This document shows positions 11,301 to 24,700 of a stretch of DNA of 64,000 nucleotides, in pieces (position 1 is the first letter of the stretch; each line of letters starts with the position of its first letter). The notes under the pieces were generated by a model. That model did no database searches. It was not told the DNA's origin and saw nothing but the letters and a program-made list of their open reading frames with translations. The position numbers and the translations under genes are program-made. This DNA comes from Octopus sinensis. Lineage: Eukaryota. Where the stretch lies: positions 135,036,001-135,100,000 of the forward strand of contig NC_042997.1 of assembly GCF_006345805.1 (NCBI RefSeq), given 5' to 3'.

Positions 11301-12831
11301 TAATAGTAATAAAAATCATTTCTATTATAGACACAAATAATTATGTAATTTTAAAAGATAACTTGGTAAGAAATGTTTGTAGATTATAATTACTTCACGT
11401 AATTAACGTATTACATATGACCATTGTGGTATGTGATTTATCATAACGTGTATAAAAGTTATCAGAGCACTGTTTCTATTCAAACCAGACTTCTCTACAG
11501 TGATATACATAGGGACAAGCAATACAAAATAAAAGGCAAACATTACAAAACGAAAACCATTAACATAGATTGTTCCATAGTAGAGAAAATTTGAATGAAA
11601 TCTGATGAAATCAAAAATGTTATTAATCAGCCTGACTTCTTTACTTGTATCTATTAAAAATTAAGAGAAATGACATAAATGGACATGTGAGGGATATGTT
11701 TATATTTCACATGCATATCTTACAGCTGCACCGTACAAAAAGAAATTTAACTAAGAACTTAAGCCTATATCAAGTTTAGAAAGAAATAAAGTCGAAAGTT
11801 AAGTCTGGAAAACCAACAGTCGATCTAATTATGAGATGGCATATTCTCAAAATCAAAAAATCATATTCGAAATTTAAATAAAATACTTAAAAATGTATAA
11901 TGCATCGCAAAAGTATAATTCATGAACATGCAACAAACGAAATGCTTAGAAAAAATATATTCAAAAAGCTAATCACTAAGCAAAGATACAAACACAAAAG
12001 AAAAAAATACAAGAAAACCAATCGTTAGAAAATCTGCAGAATACTGAACATCGAAAACCGACCTAAAACAAAAGTACGGATAAAGGGAAATATGGTAGTT
12101 ATTTAAGAATATATCATTTTTCATGTGGAAATCAGTATCATGATAATCCAACACTGGAAATAATTAAACAATCAAGATGAATAAAAGCTCTTCCTATGGA
12201 CGAGCGAAATACTTCTCTGAGGGAAAAAATAACTCAGTCATGGGATAACTACGATGAAAAGCCAGCTTAAAATGAATAGGATGCTGTCACATAGTTACAA
12301 GGCAACGTTCATGCTCTCTCAAAGGTACTTATATGTTAATATGAAAGCTGAAGCAAATAGCATGAAATGAAATAAACAACTAATATAAAAAAATAAAAAT
12401 GTCTCTGAAAGAAAATATCCATAATGAAATCAGTAATTATAAATACAACTTCAAAATATGGAGAGACAAATGCTACAAAATCTTAACATAAAAAGAACCT
12501 GAAATCAAAGATTGCTTGAAACAAACGATTCGCACTAAATAGCAAAGAAACAGACAATGTGGAAAGAGAAAGCAATTCGTTGAACAAAATAAGCTGTTTG
12601 TCTCCAATGCAAAGCAATTATGTTAAAATCTAAAGAAAAATAGAATAGAAATAAAGCAGGACCGACTGCTGCAAGAGAAGAAAATGCATTCTGGAGGAGG
12701 CATGACGTGAAGCGAACGAATCATAGTAGGCGAAATTGTTTAAAACAATGAAAAATTAAATGGACAATCTTGGGATGCCATATCAGCATAGGAACTAGCT
12801 CAGACGCTGCAAAAATTATTAGCTTGGATGC

Positions 12832-12977
12832 CCAGGTTCGAAATTTCCCCAAGACACCTGATGAAGGCTGGAGGGTACGAAACGTTGTGTTAACAACAAA
12901 CAAGATGAGGACAAATATCCGTCAAATGTAAATAATCTAAATATTGTACATAATTCCTCTTCTCTTAAATATAGAAC
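12832..12977 (+). mobile_element. 5'-truncated HHR-bearing tail (same family as 28015-28170) inserted into the Dong relic
   Basis: ggttcgaaatttccccaagacacctgatgaaggctgg...gaaacgttgtgttaac...gatgaggacaaatatccgtcaaatgtaaataat is nearly identical to the reverse complement of 28021-28132. Confidence 0.85.
12853..12891 (+). ncRNA. Minimal hammerhead motif with a damaged stem II
   Basis: gacac-CTGATGA-aggctggagggtac-GAAA-cg-T-T-gtgtt. Core, palindromic AACGTT helix III and stem I are intact; 7 nt of the stem II 3' strand are missing relative to the 28 kb copy. Confidence 0.55.
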
Positions 12978-15285
12978 CACACATGACATGACAACTAGTG
13001 GGAAATGTCTTAAGCTCCAATACAAATGGAATGGTACATCCGAAAACCAAAGGAACAACTTCTTTGAGAAGATTAAGGGAAGCTTCAAAGACTTATGTAG
13101 TTTTAGTTATCCATACTAAAGACGGTAGAAGTGGATATAAGAGTGAGGGCGTAACATGGGTTGACTAGGGGAAGGTTTTTTAGTGTCTGGTCGTGGAAAC
13201 GTCGCCGTGAGTTAGAGAGCACTAATGATAAGAACACACATTAAATACATTATGAGTGAATGACAAACAGTTCTGTAGATAAAAACAAAAGAGCAAATCA
13301 TAAAAACAAAACTATTTCTTTTTAAAAAATATTCAAGGAGTGAGACACATTAACTTCTTTTCAGTTTTGTGCAAATGCTTTACGCCAACAGGTTCGATGA
13401 AACTAGACTAGTATAAAAATACAAAGGGCGGGCAATCAACTAAATTTCCTGTATATAAGACCACAGGTGAGACGATTTATAAGTGATAAATATCTGGAAA
13501 TTGTGCACAGGTTAACTATGACAATTACTATAGGATTCGGATTTGAAAAATGCGTCAGGAAAAACTTGGAAAGCATGTATCCCTTTTTCTAATATGATAA
13601 AGATTGAAACGGGCATAAAATAAAACGTATACATTTGCGAAACGATGAAATAGAGTCCAACTCAGACAAATGAAACTATCTACCAGAAAACTGTTTCTTG
13701 ACTTCATCGAAGACGATAACTGCAAAGCATAACATGAAGGGAAATACGGTTGTAAAGAGAAGAAAGAAACAAGAAGGAGCATAGTGAAGTTTTAGACGAA
13801 ATGATGCATTAACAGGCGTGAGAGAGTAAGGTCTTTAATATACGGAAAACTTAAACCGGTATTATAAAATGCGAAGTGAAAAGCGGCGATATAGTCGTAC
13901 GCAGGTTAATTTCTCAGAGAATGAAAAATTGTTTTGCGTATTTTGAATCTAGATTAGCGTATTCCCGAGTATGAGAGCTTTCATATTTTGCAATATGTCA
14001 GTCCACAGTCAAAAAGGTGAAGGAGAATCTTTTAGATATTATTCTCCGGAAAATCAGGAAATCATCTATTTAGGGTATAAATCCCAACAGATGCTGCAAT
14101 TCATCTCTAAAAGAAATGAATTAATTCCAATATAAAGAACTGCGAAAAGTGGTAACGAGAATGTGTCTAAACGCAGTAACAATGCCTATAATAATATGTA
14201 CATTGGGATATGAACATAGAGAAAAATACACAACCAAAGGACTAAGGATATTTTCAAATAAGGAAAATATACTGATGACAGCACAATTATCCTGTAGATT
14301 ACTTTCAAAATAATACATAATACAAAAAATCTTAACAAAGATCTGTACATATCTAATGTGTACTGAATTGCGCTTAGTTAAGCAGTGGATGTACATAAAT
14401 AAAATAATACTCCTGGGAAAATATTAATAAGGATAACCTTAGCTATGGAAACCAATTTTGACATTAATTTTTGCAGGTTAATATAAAAGGTACCTGCCAC
14501 GTAGTAAGGTCAGTACGATAGGATACGCTTTACATAAAAGTTGAATGGTCTGCCCTATGTTTGAATCCTTCTAGTTTAAGTGATGGTTAGGATTGAATTA
14601 CTACAAAGATGACAGGTGCTACAAAGATTGTATCCTAAATATTTATCAATGATTGTAGCAGTGTATTGGTGACTGCAGCTGTTCTAGTAGGTGTGCTTTC
14701 GACAGTAGTACAAGCATCAGTAACACAGATATAGTGAAGGGAGAGGTGACTGTCACAAGACAATTGACGACATGGAGTAAGGTTGTAACTAAGGCAGTAG
14801 TATCAAAATATCGGTAGAAATCTTCGTTGCTGCGATGTAAGTAGGGTCTTCGGAAGTGACATTAATAATTGTAACACGCTTGTAGAAACAGTAGTAGTGA
14901 TTGATTTGCTGTCATAAAATACTGTCGCATATCAGGTAGTTGAAATGCTAAGTAATGATGGAATTTTTCAGTTGCAGTAGCAGTAGCAATCACACTCAGA
15001 GTGGCATCAGCAACAAAGACAGTAGCAGTAACCATAGCAACAGGTACGAAATGGAGTCGTAGTGAATATATATATATATTAGACTTAGAAATAGAAGTGA
15101 AAAAAGGCCACACCACCACCACCGCCGCCGCCGCCGTCGTCTTCGTCGTCGTCGTCGTCGTAGTAGTAGTAGTAGTAGTAGTATAGAAATATAATTTTTT
15201 ATGTGTGTGTATGAGTATGCTAGTACATGAGTGTGAATGGATGTGTGTGCGCGCGGGGGCGTGTGCATGCAAACAAACTTGCATG

Positions 15286-15332
<47 letters not shown>

Positions 15333-16254
15333 CACATATACATACATATATTATATATATATATATATATAATATATATATATATATAATATATGTATGT
15401 AATGTATATCCATTTGCATTTACATACGTACTCACAATACCCGTATATATCTCTATATGCTAATGTATATTTCTCAATGGATGGAAATTTTTGAGTGTCA
15501 CACACGCATACACCCATACTCAGATATTCAATCCCTATTCTATTTCTTACATTTTTTTTCTTCCTTCGTAGTATTTGTGTGTCTTAGAGTGCGAATAATT
15601 GTATATGCATGCACTTGTATATGTGTCCGCTTCATACGCATGTACGCGTGTACGCATAAGTATATGTGTACGTATATATGTGTGGCGGGTGTAAGAGTTT
15701 GCATGTATGTATTGTACGTTTATATGTTTGATTACGTATATAAAATTTCTGTAACTATTAAATAATTTTGAATAAAGGACCTTCAATATATTCGTTGTGA
15801 AATGCAAAAGCGCAATGGAACGTTACAATTAACAATAAGTCTATGATTGTTTTAATCGAAAATTATTCGTCAAATTGATGAAGTAATCGATTTATTCATA
15901 CAGAGAAGTGTACTTGGTTAATTAACTGAATACATATTATAATACTTCACATTTGAATAATTAAACCGAAGAAATTATAAGTCGTATATATTATTCTTCA
16001 GTTGCATTTGTTAAAAAATTATGTAACTTGAATTGAGACTGAAATAAATACATCACGTTAGAGTCAATAAGAATATCAAAAATACATACACAAACACAGT
16101 GGATTTCACCGCATCACAAATACAGGAACGTCGATAGTCAGTAACAGGCGGTAAGTGTATGGCGAATCCCTATGAGCCAGCTGATTTATGGATACGCACG
16201 TATGTATAAAACATTAGAATATCAATTATTATTTCTGCGTTTCTTTTTACGATA

Positions 16255-16320
16255 TACATACATGCATGCATACATACATACATACATACACATACATACA
16301 TACATACATACATACACACA

Positions 16321-16352
<32 letters not shown>

Positions 16353-16395
16353 CATACATACATACATACATAAATACATACATACATTCCTGCAT
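16255..16395. repeat. (CATA)n microsatellite
   Basis: Direct reading. Confidence 0.95.
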
Positions 16396-17384
16396 ACATT
16401 CGTGTACGTGAGGATGTGTGTGTACGTGTTTGGGTGTATATGTATGTATGTTTTATGTATGCATGTATGTCCGTATGCATGTGTGCCTCTTTGTACATAC
16501 GTGTGTGTGTAATTATTTCAAATTAACAACAATTAGGCAAAAGGAAATTAAACCATTAAGTCGTTTTTAGCACAGTTACATTTCCACAAATTAAAATTTA
16601 AAATGCTTATTTTTTTCAAATTTAGCTCTTATATTTTTAAGATGGCTTGCTGGCCCATAGATTCCTTTAGCTGAGGTCACTTTCTATAAAAATAATTCGG
16701 ATGAGGCTTTCAACAGTTGGTAATCGTGATTTCGAAATGCGTTGTCTCCGTCTACATCTCTCTATATGCCAGAAGTTAAATCAAAATTCGCCAAAGAAAT
16801 TCCCCCTCGTCTTGTACAATAGCGGTGGAGAAGACGTGGGGGATTCTGCTCATCACATTTTACTAACACATCCTATTTCTTTGATCTGTCTATCTCTGTT
16901 GTTCAAGCTACTTTTTATTCAAAATGCAGTCTATATTTTTTCTCGCGAAAAGGATCTCTATCAAATTTGTTAAATTCTCCTTTCCTCAAAATTTCAGCTA
17001 TTAATTGTTCTTTGAGCAGTACTCCTGCAGAAATGCCTTCACATTTGCTTCCTGCTTTTCATCGAAATCCACACTAGGCAAACCAGATAATTATTCTCTT
17101 AAACTATCCCTTTGTGCACAATACGGTTCATGACCATACACTCATACTCATCAGGTGAAATATTTTCTCCTGGCCGCTTCATTACACTCCCATGCTGATG
17201 GTATCCTCACATTTCAGTCCTCCACACTCTTCTGCACTAAAACCTAATAAACATACAACATAAATACCTCTCGCCGAATTTACATTGACCACTTGAAGAA
17301 AGACATCGAAACATTTTTCATTGAAGTCATTAATCTTCTCTCGTATAAAAAGTGAAATTATGTAACCGTTTCCAATATTTCCGA

Positions 17385-17495
17385 TCTCAAATTTGCTTTT
17401 CATCGTTTGGAGCCCAGTCAAGTACTGGGGTCGATGTAATCGACTAACCCCATACTCTCAAAATTGCTGGCTTTGAGATAAAATTTGAAACTGTA
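17385..17495 (+). mobile_element. Family A SINE 3' half
   Basis: tttgcttttcatc...gtactggggtcgatgtaatcgactaacccc...aaattgctggc...aaatttgaaac. Confidence 0.75.
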
Positions 17496-18044
17496 ATTAC
17501 TGCCCATATCACAAACTCATTAGTGCAATATCGCACTCTAATCCTCAATTGAATGTAAGCAGAACCCTTACGATCGCTTGAAATGGTTGATCTCATCATC
17601 ATTGACAATATCTTCTTGTGAGTGCACATTATTAGCTTACCAAAGGCTTCATCAGAGAAAGAGATAACCAGACAGTCAGACAGACCGACAAACATATAGA
17701 TACGCACAAAAACATTGTTATTGCAAGTTAGGAAATATTTCAGAGCTCGAAAATTTCTTATCTTCTACAAAGCTCCGATGTGGCCCACAGGGGAATCCTG
17801 CCCCCATATATCGAGAGTACCACAGATACACATACACACAGGCATCCTAGATCATATCCAAAGAAAAGACATTTCATTGAATCCTATAAATCCTCTCGCA
17901 AAGTAACTCTAAACAATGAACCACATGTATGTTGCTTAGTATTCTGGCTTTACTGCTCTATGTTTCAATGACCTCTGCACATAGAATATGCATATAGACA
18001 GGGGGCGAGGGGAGAGAAGAAAAAGAGAGACCGAGCAGACTCAA

Positions 18045-18290
18045 TATAGCCGAATGTTTAATAAATTAATTTCGCAACCGCAAAATTCTTGATTCGATCC
18101 CATTCGTGATATCATAGGAAGATGTAATTATCCTGTCTCAATTGGATTCATAAGAGGTACGGCTTTGTCACTCAAGGCAACAGCAACTGAATGACACTTG
18201 TCTCACAAGGCCGATTCCCACCCCCCATTCGACTTCCCAGAGAATTCCGTTATAGTAATACGTACCAGGGGAGTGCTCAGCCACTTATAT
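18045..18290 (+). mobile_element. Degenerate SINE
   Basis: B-box-like gattcgatccc and body ggagtgctcagccactta, recalled from an octopus SINE body. Confidence 0.45.
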
Positions 18291-18521
18291 ATGTAAAGTC
18301 TAAGGTAGAAAGTAATTCACTCGTTTGAAGAGCTGAATCCTTGATTATTATCAAACGGCAAGTGCACACACAGACTCACACTTACATACATATATATATA
18401 TACCACACACACATATATGTAGGAATATTATGGTTATCTACACACGCGCGCACACACATATCTGTAAACATACATATATAAATACACACATATACATGCA
18501 CACATGCATACATACAAAAAT

Positions 18522-18636
18522 ACCCTGTAATTGATGTTGAAATTCCAATTAAAGAGCCTTGAATCTAGGTTAGAAACCGTCTCTTTATCTATTGGCAAGA
18601 AATCTTGAAATGAAACTGAACAATGACATACATACA
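18522..18636 (+). mobile_element. Retroposon 3' end with (CATA)n tail
   Basis: gagccttgaatctaggttagaaacc...gaaatcttgaaatgaaactgaacaatgacatacatac; recalled as a recurrent octopus repeat, with only one copy here. Confidence 0.4.
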
Positions 18637-19790
18637 TATGCATGATTCCTATAGTCTAGTCATTTGCCGCCGCGAGCTGATACGTTGTATTTGCAACACT
18701 TTGCAAACACCCAAAAATTTTCTCCATGACAAAACACAGTGAATGGCCTCGTTACGGGTTCGAATATAATATATATATATGTGTGTGTGTGTGGTGTGTG
18801 TGTGTGTGTGTGTGTAAGAAAACAGATATGTCACAAATTGAAGACTTTTCTGATTAACTGTCCACTTTGGTAAAATAGCATGAAAGTCGGCGCATTCTAT
18901 TATCTGAACTCAAACTGATATTTTCTTTCACTTTTATCCTTCTATAAGCGTTTTGGATTCATGCTTCAGCACATAATTCCGTGTTGTAGCATAGAACCAA
19001 AGCGGGGTCCACTACGAATTCGCTCCACCTTCTAAAAACTGCAGTGTGAATCATTCCCAATGAAAGCCCTACTGTCCTTTACAGAAAGACACAAAGATAA
19101 ACTCTGCATAAAACAAAGGGGAGGGTAGTTTTGACAGTAATATCTGTGATCATAACTTTGCTGAATCAAGGCAGAATGGAAACTAAACAATAATATTATG
19201 AGAGGTAACAGCAAAATTGATATGAAATTAATCGTAAAAATAAAATAATAGTTAGAAGACAATGGATCATAATTTAAAGCAGATAATCAATGTTGCTGAG
19301 AGAAACTGTTTTTCCCCTCTTCTTAAAGGTTGTTTTTTTTTTTTTCTTCACAATTAATTAAGTTCTTTATGCTGGCAACCGATAAAGTTGAATTGATTTT
19401 TGGCATGCTTAAGTATCGTGAGCTTCGAAATTCCTCTTCATTACCCCACTCCTCAAATTAACATGACTGCTCAAGATTAGAAACTATAAATATTGCGCAA
19501 TAATTTTTGTACAAAATATAGTTGACTGAGATGTCTAAAATGTTTAGTTTACTGATATAGTTGCAAAGATAAGTTGCCTTCTTTACCGAAGTCGTAATTA
19601 AAAGAAAAAACATTTGTAGCCCCTATGTCTACATCCTAATATATAAATGTATTGCTACTTACATATACATAATATATATGCACATACATGTGTGTGTATA
19701 TATATATATATATGCACATACACATACACACATATATATAAAATCTCCAGTAATGGAATTTTATTGACTTGCAATTGAAAAACAAAGATA

Positions 19791-19831
<41 letters not shown>

Positions 19832-22254
19832 CATACACAGACACAAACATACACACAAGCGTCTATTCTACCATGGGCTATGAAGTGGCTACCAGAGAAA
19901 TTTGGAATAGGATGCGAAATAAAAGGACAGGAATAAAAACAAAGATATTGAGACCAATGGATTACAAGAATACTAATGGAACGTAAAATAGCAAATACAA
20001 TAGCATAAAAGAGCAACTGTAATTACAGCCATATTTGCATTGTTATCTAGGACCACAAAATGAAACCATTCACTTTTCTTTGAAATCTACTGCCCTTTTC
20101 ATGCCATTATTGAAAAATACATACCAGAGAAAGAAAGAGATCCAAGAACTACTGATCTTTGCAAATCCATCACTTAAATATACTTAAAGCTTTATACACA
20201 TTATGGTCGAGGGTAATACGAAGCACGATCACATTTTCTTCAAGGTAAATTGCAATTCATTATTTTTTTTTTGCATAGCATTTTTATTATGTGGCTCATC
20301 GACATTTCAAATACATAAATACCATCAGACACGTATGCAAATATACAAACGCTTGCATCTAGAGACATGGAAACATTTGAGAACATCGTTGAAGACAATT
20401 CTGTTGCATCATTTATTCTTAGAATTCCATCAATACACATCCAGAACACTTAACTGCAAACATACACGGATTTAATAAGTCTTCACCATTGATTAATATA
20501 GATATTATAATTTCTTTGAACAGCACAAGTATTAAATACCTACATCTTATATAAGAACAACACAATCATAAACCTCAGAGTTATCACACATACACTCTCA
20601 TCTTGATTTCTTATACATAGATTATCCATCTGCATGGTTAATAAAAGATTTCCGCTTTAGAACCACAAAGTATTTTAGCTCTAATTAGATTGTGAGCCTC
20701 TCAACGTTCAAGTAGGAGTTACTTTAATTTACATTTGTTTTTTTGTTCTTTTGAGGCGGTTTTTTTCTAATTTTTTACTGTAAGAAACATATATAAAGAA
20801 GTGAGCTGCTAGATTACAGACTCTAATCTTGCGTCCAAACCAACGCCATTTGACATAATGAAAAATCTCTTTCCCAAGCACACTTTAACTAGAAGCTGAT
20901 AGATGCATCGTTTAGCATACTATAACGCTACAATAATTGCATCTTTTTCTTTGAAACGACTAAATGCATCCCTCTTTCATACAGGACTGCTTGATATATA
21001 TCCAGTTTTTTCGTCATGGATTTAAAACTTTATAGATAAAAAGAAGCTACAACAAAATTAAAGGAAATATTTTTACAAAAACCACTTTATAAATATCACA
21101 AGCAAAATAAATTTTATCATTTGCAGTTTTCTATGTGATAAAAAGGAAGAATATTTATGGTTTATATATGTTGACGTACAGGGTATAAGATGAGGGAGAT
21201 GTACGTCTCACCCACCTTATTCCCAGTATTAAATACTTGTACATTGATCCACTAAGTGATATAGTCAGGAAATTACTCCACGCCTGTTCTTTTTTCCCCC
21301 ACTTGGTCCTTTATGTACAGATATTCAAACGCAATGACAAACTACATCACACTTGTAAGTTGAGTTACCTGTCAATCTCATACATGCTGAACTTCCATAT
21401 TTCTAACTTTTAAACATACACGCACACTAGCACATGCACATACATCCACATACATATGCGTGTAAAGTATGCGTTTGTCAAGCTAGTGAAAACGATTATT
21501 CCAGTTTCTAAACATTATTAATATTGTTCTAAAATTATAACTCATTATCGTTAATACGTATTTATGCAGCGTTTAAACGAGTCTTTCACCTCTGTATTTG
21601 TGATACATTTGCACAATTCTCTTTGTTTTATAGTAATCACCTGTGATTGATTTGCTTGCTTGTGATATTTTGGTCGTAATTATTTTTATGTTTTCGATGA
21701 TGTTTAATTCCAGATTAACCAAAGCTGAGCAGACTTACGATCGCGAAAATCTCGCTTTTCTTTTTACTTTCTCAGACACAATAATCTAGGCTTATACTAT
21801 CCAATATTTACCGATGAAAGGAATCCTCATTAAGATTCTCATGGTCAATAATAAATAGATCAAAGAAAGAGAAATTATGAACAAAAATGGAAAAGGATAA
21901 AAACACAAATAATCAAAATTTCTTCCAGTCATATCATACAGTTGAAGGGTACAATTCGTAGTTGCAATCGTGTTTAATGGTATAATTGTATTGGCATATC
22001 ATTCTGTACTTCATTTTTTTTAAACCTTCCCAATCGTTATAAGTACCAAAAAACTTTTGTAGGAAGAAAGTCAGAAGTAAAAGACACAAAAAAATGTTAG
22101 GGAAATATACTCACATAAAAACAAATAAAGTAGTTTTACAATAATATTTTGTAGAAATATTTGAACAAAATTAAGCAAAATACTTTAACTCGTAATAATT
22201 CATGTGGGATGAAAAGATAATAGCTTCCGTTAACACACATACACACACACGTAC

Positions 22255-22285
<31 letters not shown>

Positions 22286-22304
22286 TGTATGTGTGTGTGT
22301 GTGC

Positions 22305-22346
<42 letters not shown>

Positions 22347-23042
22347 GTATATACGTAGATAATGATAATCGTATGTCATATTTTGTTTTAAAGGATACCA
22401 TAAACTAGATGAAACGGTAACATAATAGACAAGAGAATAGTGTGCATGACAAAAATGAAAAGATATAAAATGGAATAGAGAACGTATAAAACATTATAAA
22501 GTACATGAAAGGAAAATATTTAACGGACCCAGGAAGCTATTGCCATAAAACTGAGCTAAATATATGGGTTTTGTGATCACCTACTTCTCAATTAGTGACG
22601 TCAAATATGCATCTGGTTATGTCTAAGCTTCTCTGAAGAGATATAAGTAGCTTAATATTTACAGCATGTGAACATAAACCGTCTAAAATCATAGCTTTAC
22701 CTGAAGTTTATTATCAATTTTACAGTTCCTGTGTATGATGCCACGCGTGGACATAATTATACGACTATTTCCAAACTTGTTTAAACTTGTAAGAAAGATG
22801 ATGTTTTTGACAGTAAAAATTGCTGAAGAATGCTGATTATTGTCCTTTGAGAGAGTGCTTCATATAAAGTTATAATTATGGTCCTAAGTTCAATACACAG
22901 AACAAAAAATATGCAATGAATATATTATACATGTTATATTTACGCCGTTGATAATCACGTTTGCATGAAACGACGTTCGATCTGAGATGTAGGTTGCAAT
23001 GGACTATTTTTCTTTTTTACTTACACACATACGCGCGCGCAC

Positions 23043-23084
<42 letters not shown>

Positions 23085-23086
<2 letters not shown>

Positions 23087-23292
23087 GTAGAAATGAGTTG
23101 CGACGTCACTGGTGCCAAGATGTATCGACCTTTGTCTTTCCCTTGGATAACACTGGTGGTGTGGAGAGGGGAGGCTGGTATGCATGGGCGACTGCTGGTC
23201 TTCCATAAACAACCTTGCCCAGACTTGTGTCTAGGAGGGTAACTTTCTAGGTGCAATCCCATGGTCATTCAGACCGAAGGGGGTCTTTACCC
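23085..23292 (+). mobile_element. GC-rich interspersed repeat (SINE/LINE 3' part) between (TA)n tracts
   Basis: gcatgggcgactgctggtcttccataaacaaccttgcccagacttgtg...gggggtctttacc; recalled family, flanked by (TA)n on both sides. Confidence 0.5.
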
Positions 23293-23297
23293 TTTAT

Positions 23298-23348
<51 letters not shown>

Positions 23349-23399
23349 AGTGTGTGTGTGTATGTATGCATATATATATATGTATATGTATATATATAC

Positions 23400-23433
<34 letters not shown>

Positions 23434-23955
23434 ATACATGTATATATATATATATATGTACGTACACCGCAGAAATATTTGTGCATTATGCAGAAAAAGT
23501 GCCTGCGTAATAGATATATAACCATATTATTGACAAATACACGATCACCTGTTTCTTTTTTCTGTTTTGTTAATTACGGATACTTCGACATCTATACATA
23601 TATATGTTCATATATGTTTGTGCGTACGTGCGCGCGTGTGTATCCATGCATGACAATCTACTCTGTGCTCTATGTATCTTATCTCAAGGATAACTTTTAC
23701 TTGTCTCAGTTATTAGAATGTGGTCAGACTGGGACACCACTTAGGAACAATTTGCTTTACTAGCATGAATCGACTCCAATACCGTGTTTTCTTGTTAAAT
23801 TTTGCATTTATTCTATCGTGCTCTTTTGACGAACCGCTATATTATAAGGACGTAAACACGTCAACACCGGCTTTCAAACTAATGTGGGGAACAAACCCAG
23901 ACACAAAGATACACACTATATGTATGTATATATATATATTATATTATATATATAT

Positions 23956-23988
<33 letters not shown>

Positions 23989-24084
23989 TGTTTGTATGTA
24001 TGTCTATAAGAAATAATTAAGATTCAGTTGAATTCGGTACTTAAGTTGAAGCACCAAGTCAGTCCGGTATTATCCACACACCTT

Positions 24085-24185
24085 ATTTGGATTTCATATA
24101 ATCCTGGTGTCGTTTTGTTCGACCAAAGCGGTGCTCCAGCATGGCCGCAGTCAAATGGCTGAAGTAAATTAAAGAATAAAATAAT
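24085..24185 (+). mobile_element. Family B SINE 3' end
   Basis: gcggtgctccagcatggccgcagtcaaatggctgaag...aaagaataaaa. Confidence 0.7.
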
Positions 24186-24269
24186 ATATACGCACGCAAA
24201 TAAATACATACATACATACATACATACATACATACATACACATAAGCACACACACACACACGCATATAT

Positions 24270-24700
24270 ATCTTTTATCTTTTATGTTTGACATGTTTTA
24301 ACCTTTGGATTGAGGCCTTGGACGGAGCCCTTGAACTGAGGCTTTGGATTGAACCCTTGGAATGTAACCTTGGACTGACGCCATGTCGGGGCACCATCGT
24401 ATGTCGTTTTAGTCGAGCAAACGGTCACAAGTACTTACTTTTCAATAATTGTTTTTAAAGTCTGCTACATACATTTGTTGCTAAACATACTCACTGCTAA
24501 GGGAACATAAAGAGGCCAACACCGGTTGTCAAGCGATAGTAGGGGACAAGCACAAAGGCAGACACACAGACACACATGCAAGACGGTCTTTTAAATCTCT
24601 TTGTTTTGTGCTACAATAGGAAACACTTGCCCAGCGTACTACGCAGTGGGACTGAACCCGAAGTCATGTTGTTGGGAAGCAACATCTCTTACCATGCAGT
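24270..24700 (-). mobile_element. Family B SINE, full length, with local tandem expansion near its 3' end
   Basis: ccggttgtcaagcgat matches 123-138; head cagtgggactgaacccg...gggaagcaac...cttaccat. Tail-to-tail with the copy at 24085-24185. Confidence 0.75.

Larger units (their letters stand above)
11660..14250 (+). pseudogene. Degenerate Dong/R4-clade non-LTR retrotransposon ORF (N-terminus to RT)
   Basis: Collinear motifs KWTCEGYVYISHAY, LKQTIRTK*QRNRQCGKRKQFVEQNKLFVSNAKQLC, AFWRR, SWDAISA*ELAQTLQKLLAWMP (cf. WKSPG), GFGFEKC (cf. FGLDKC), LNAVTMPII (cf. INTxAVPV). Many stops. Confidence 0.7.

Noticed and set aside
17105-17155. CTGATGA...GAAC hammerhead-like string on the minus strand
   Set aside because: GAAC instead of GAAA, no 15.1-16.1 pair and no palindromic helix III.
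20070-20460. Weak protein-like stretches (IIEKYIPEK..., PSDTYANIQTLASRDMETFENIVED...)
   Set aside because: Short and interrupted by stops, with no recognisable motif or consistent splice sites.
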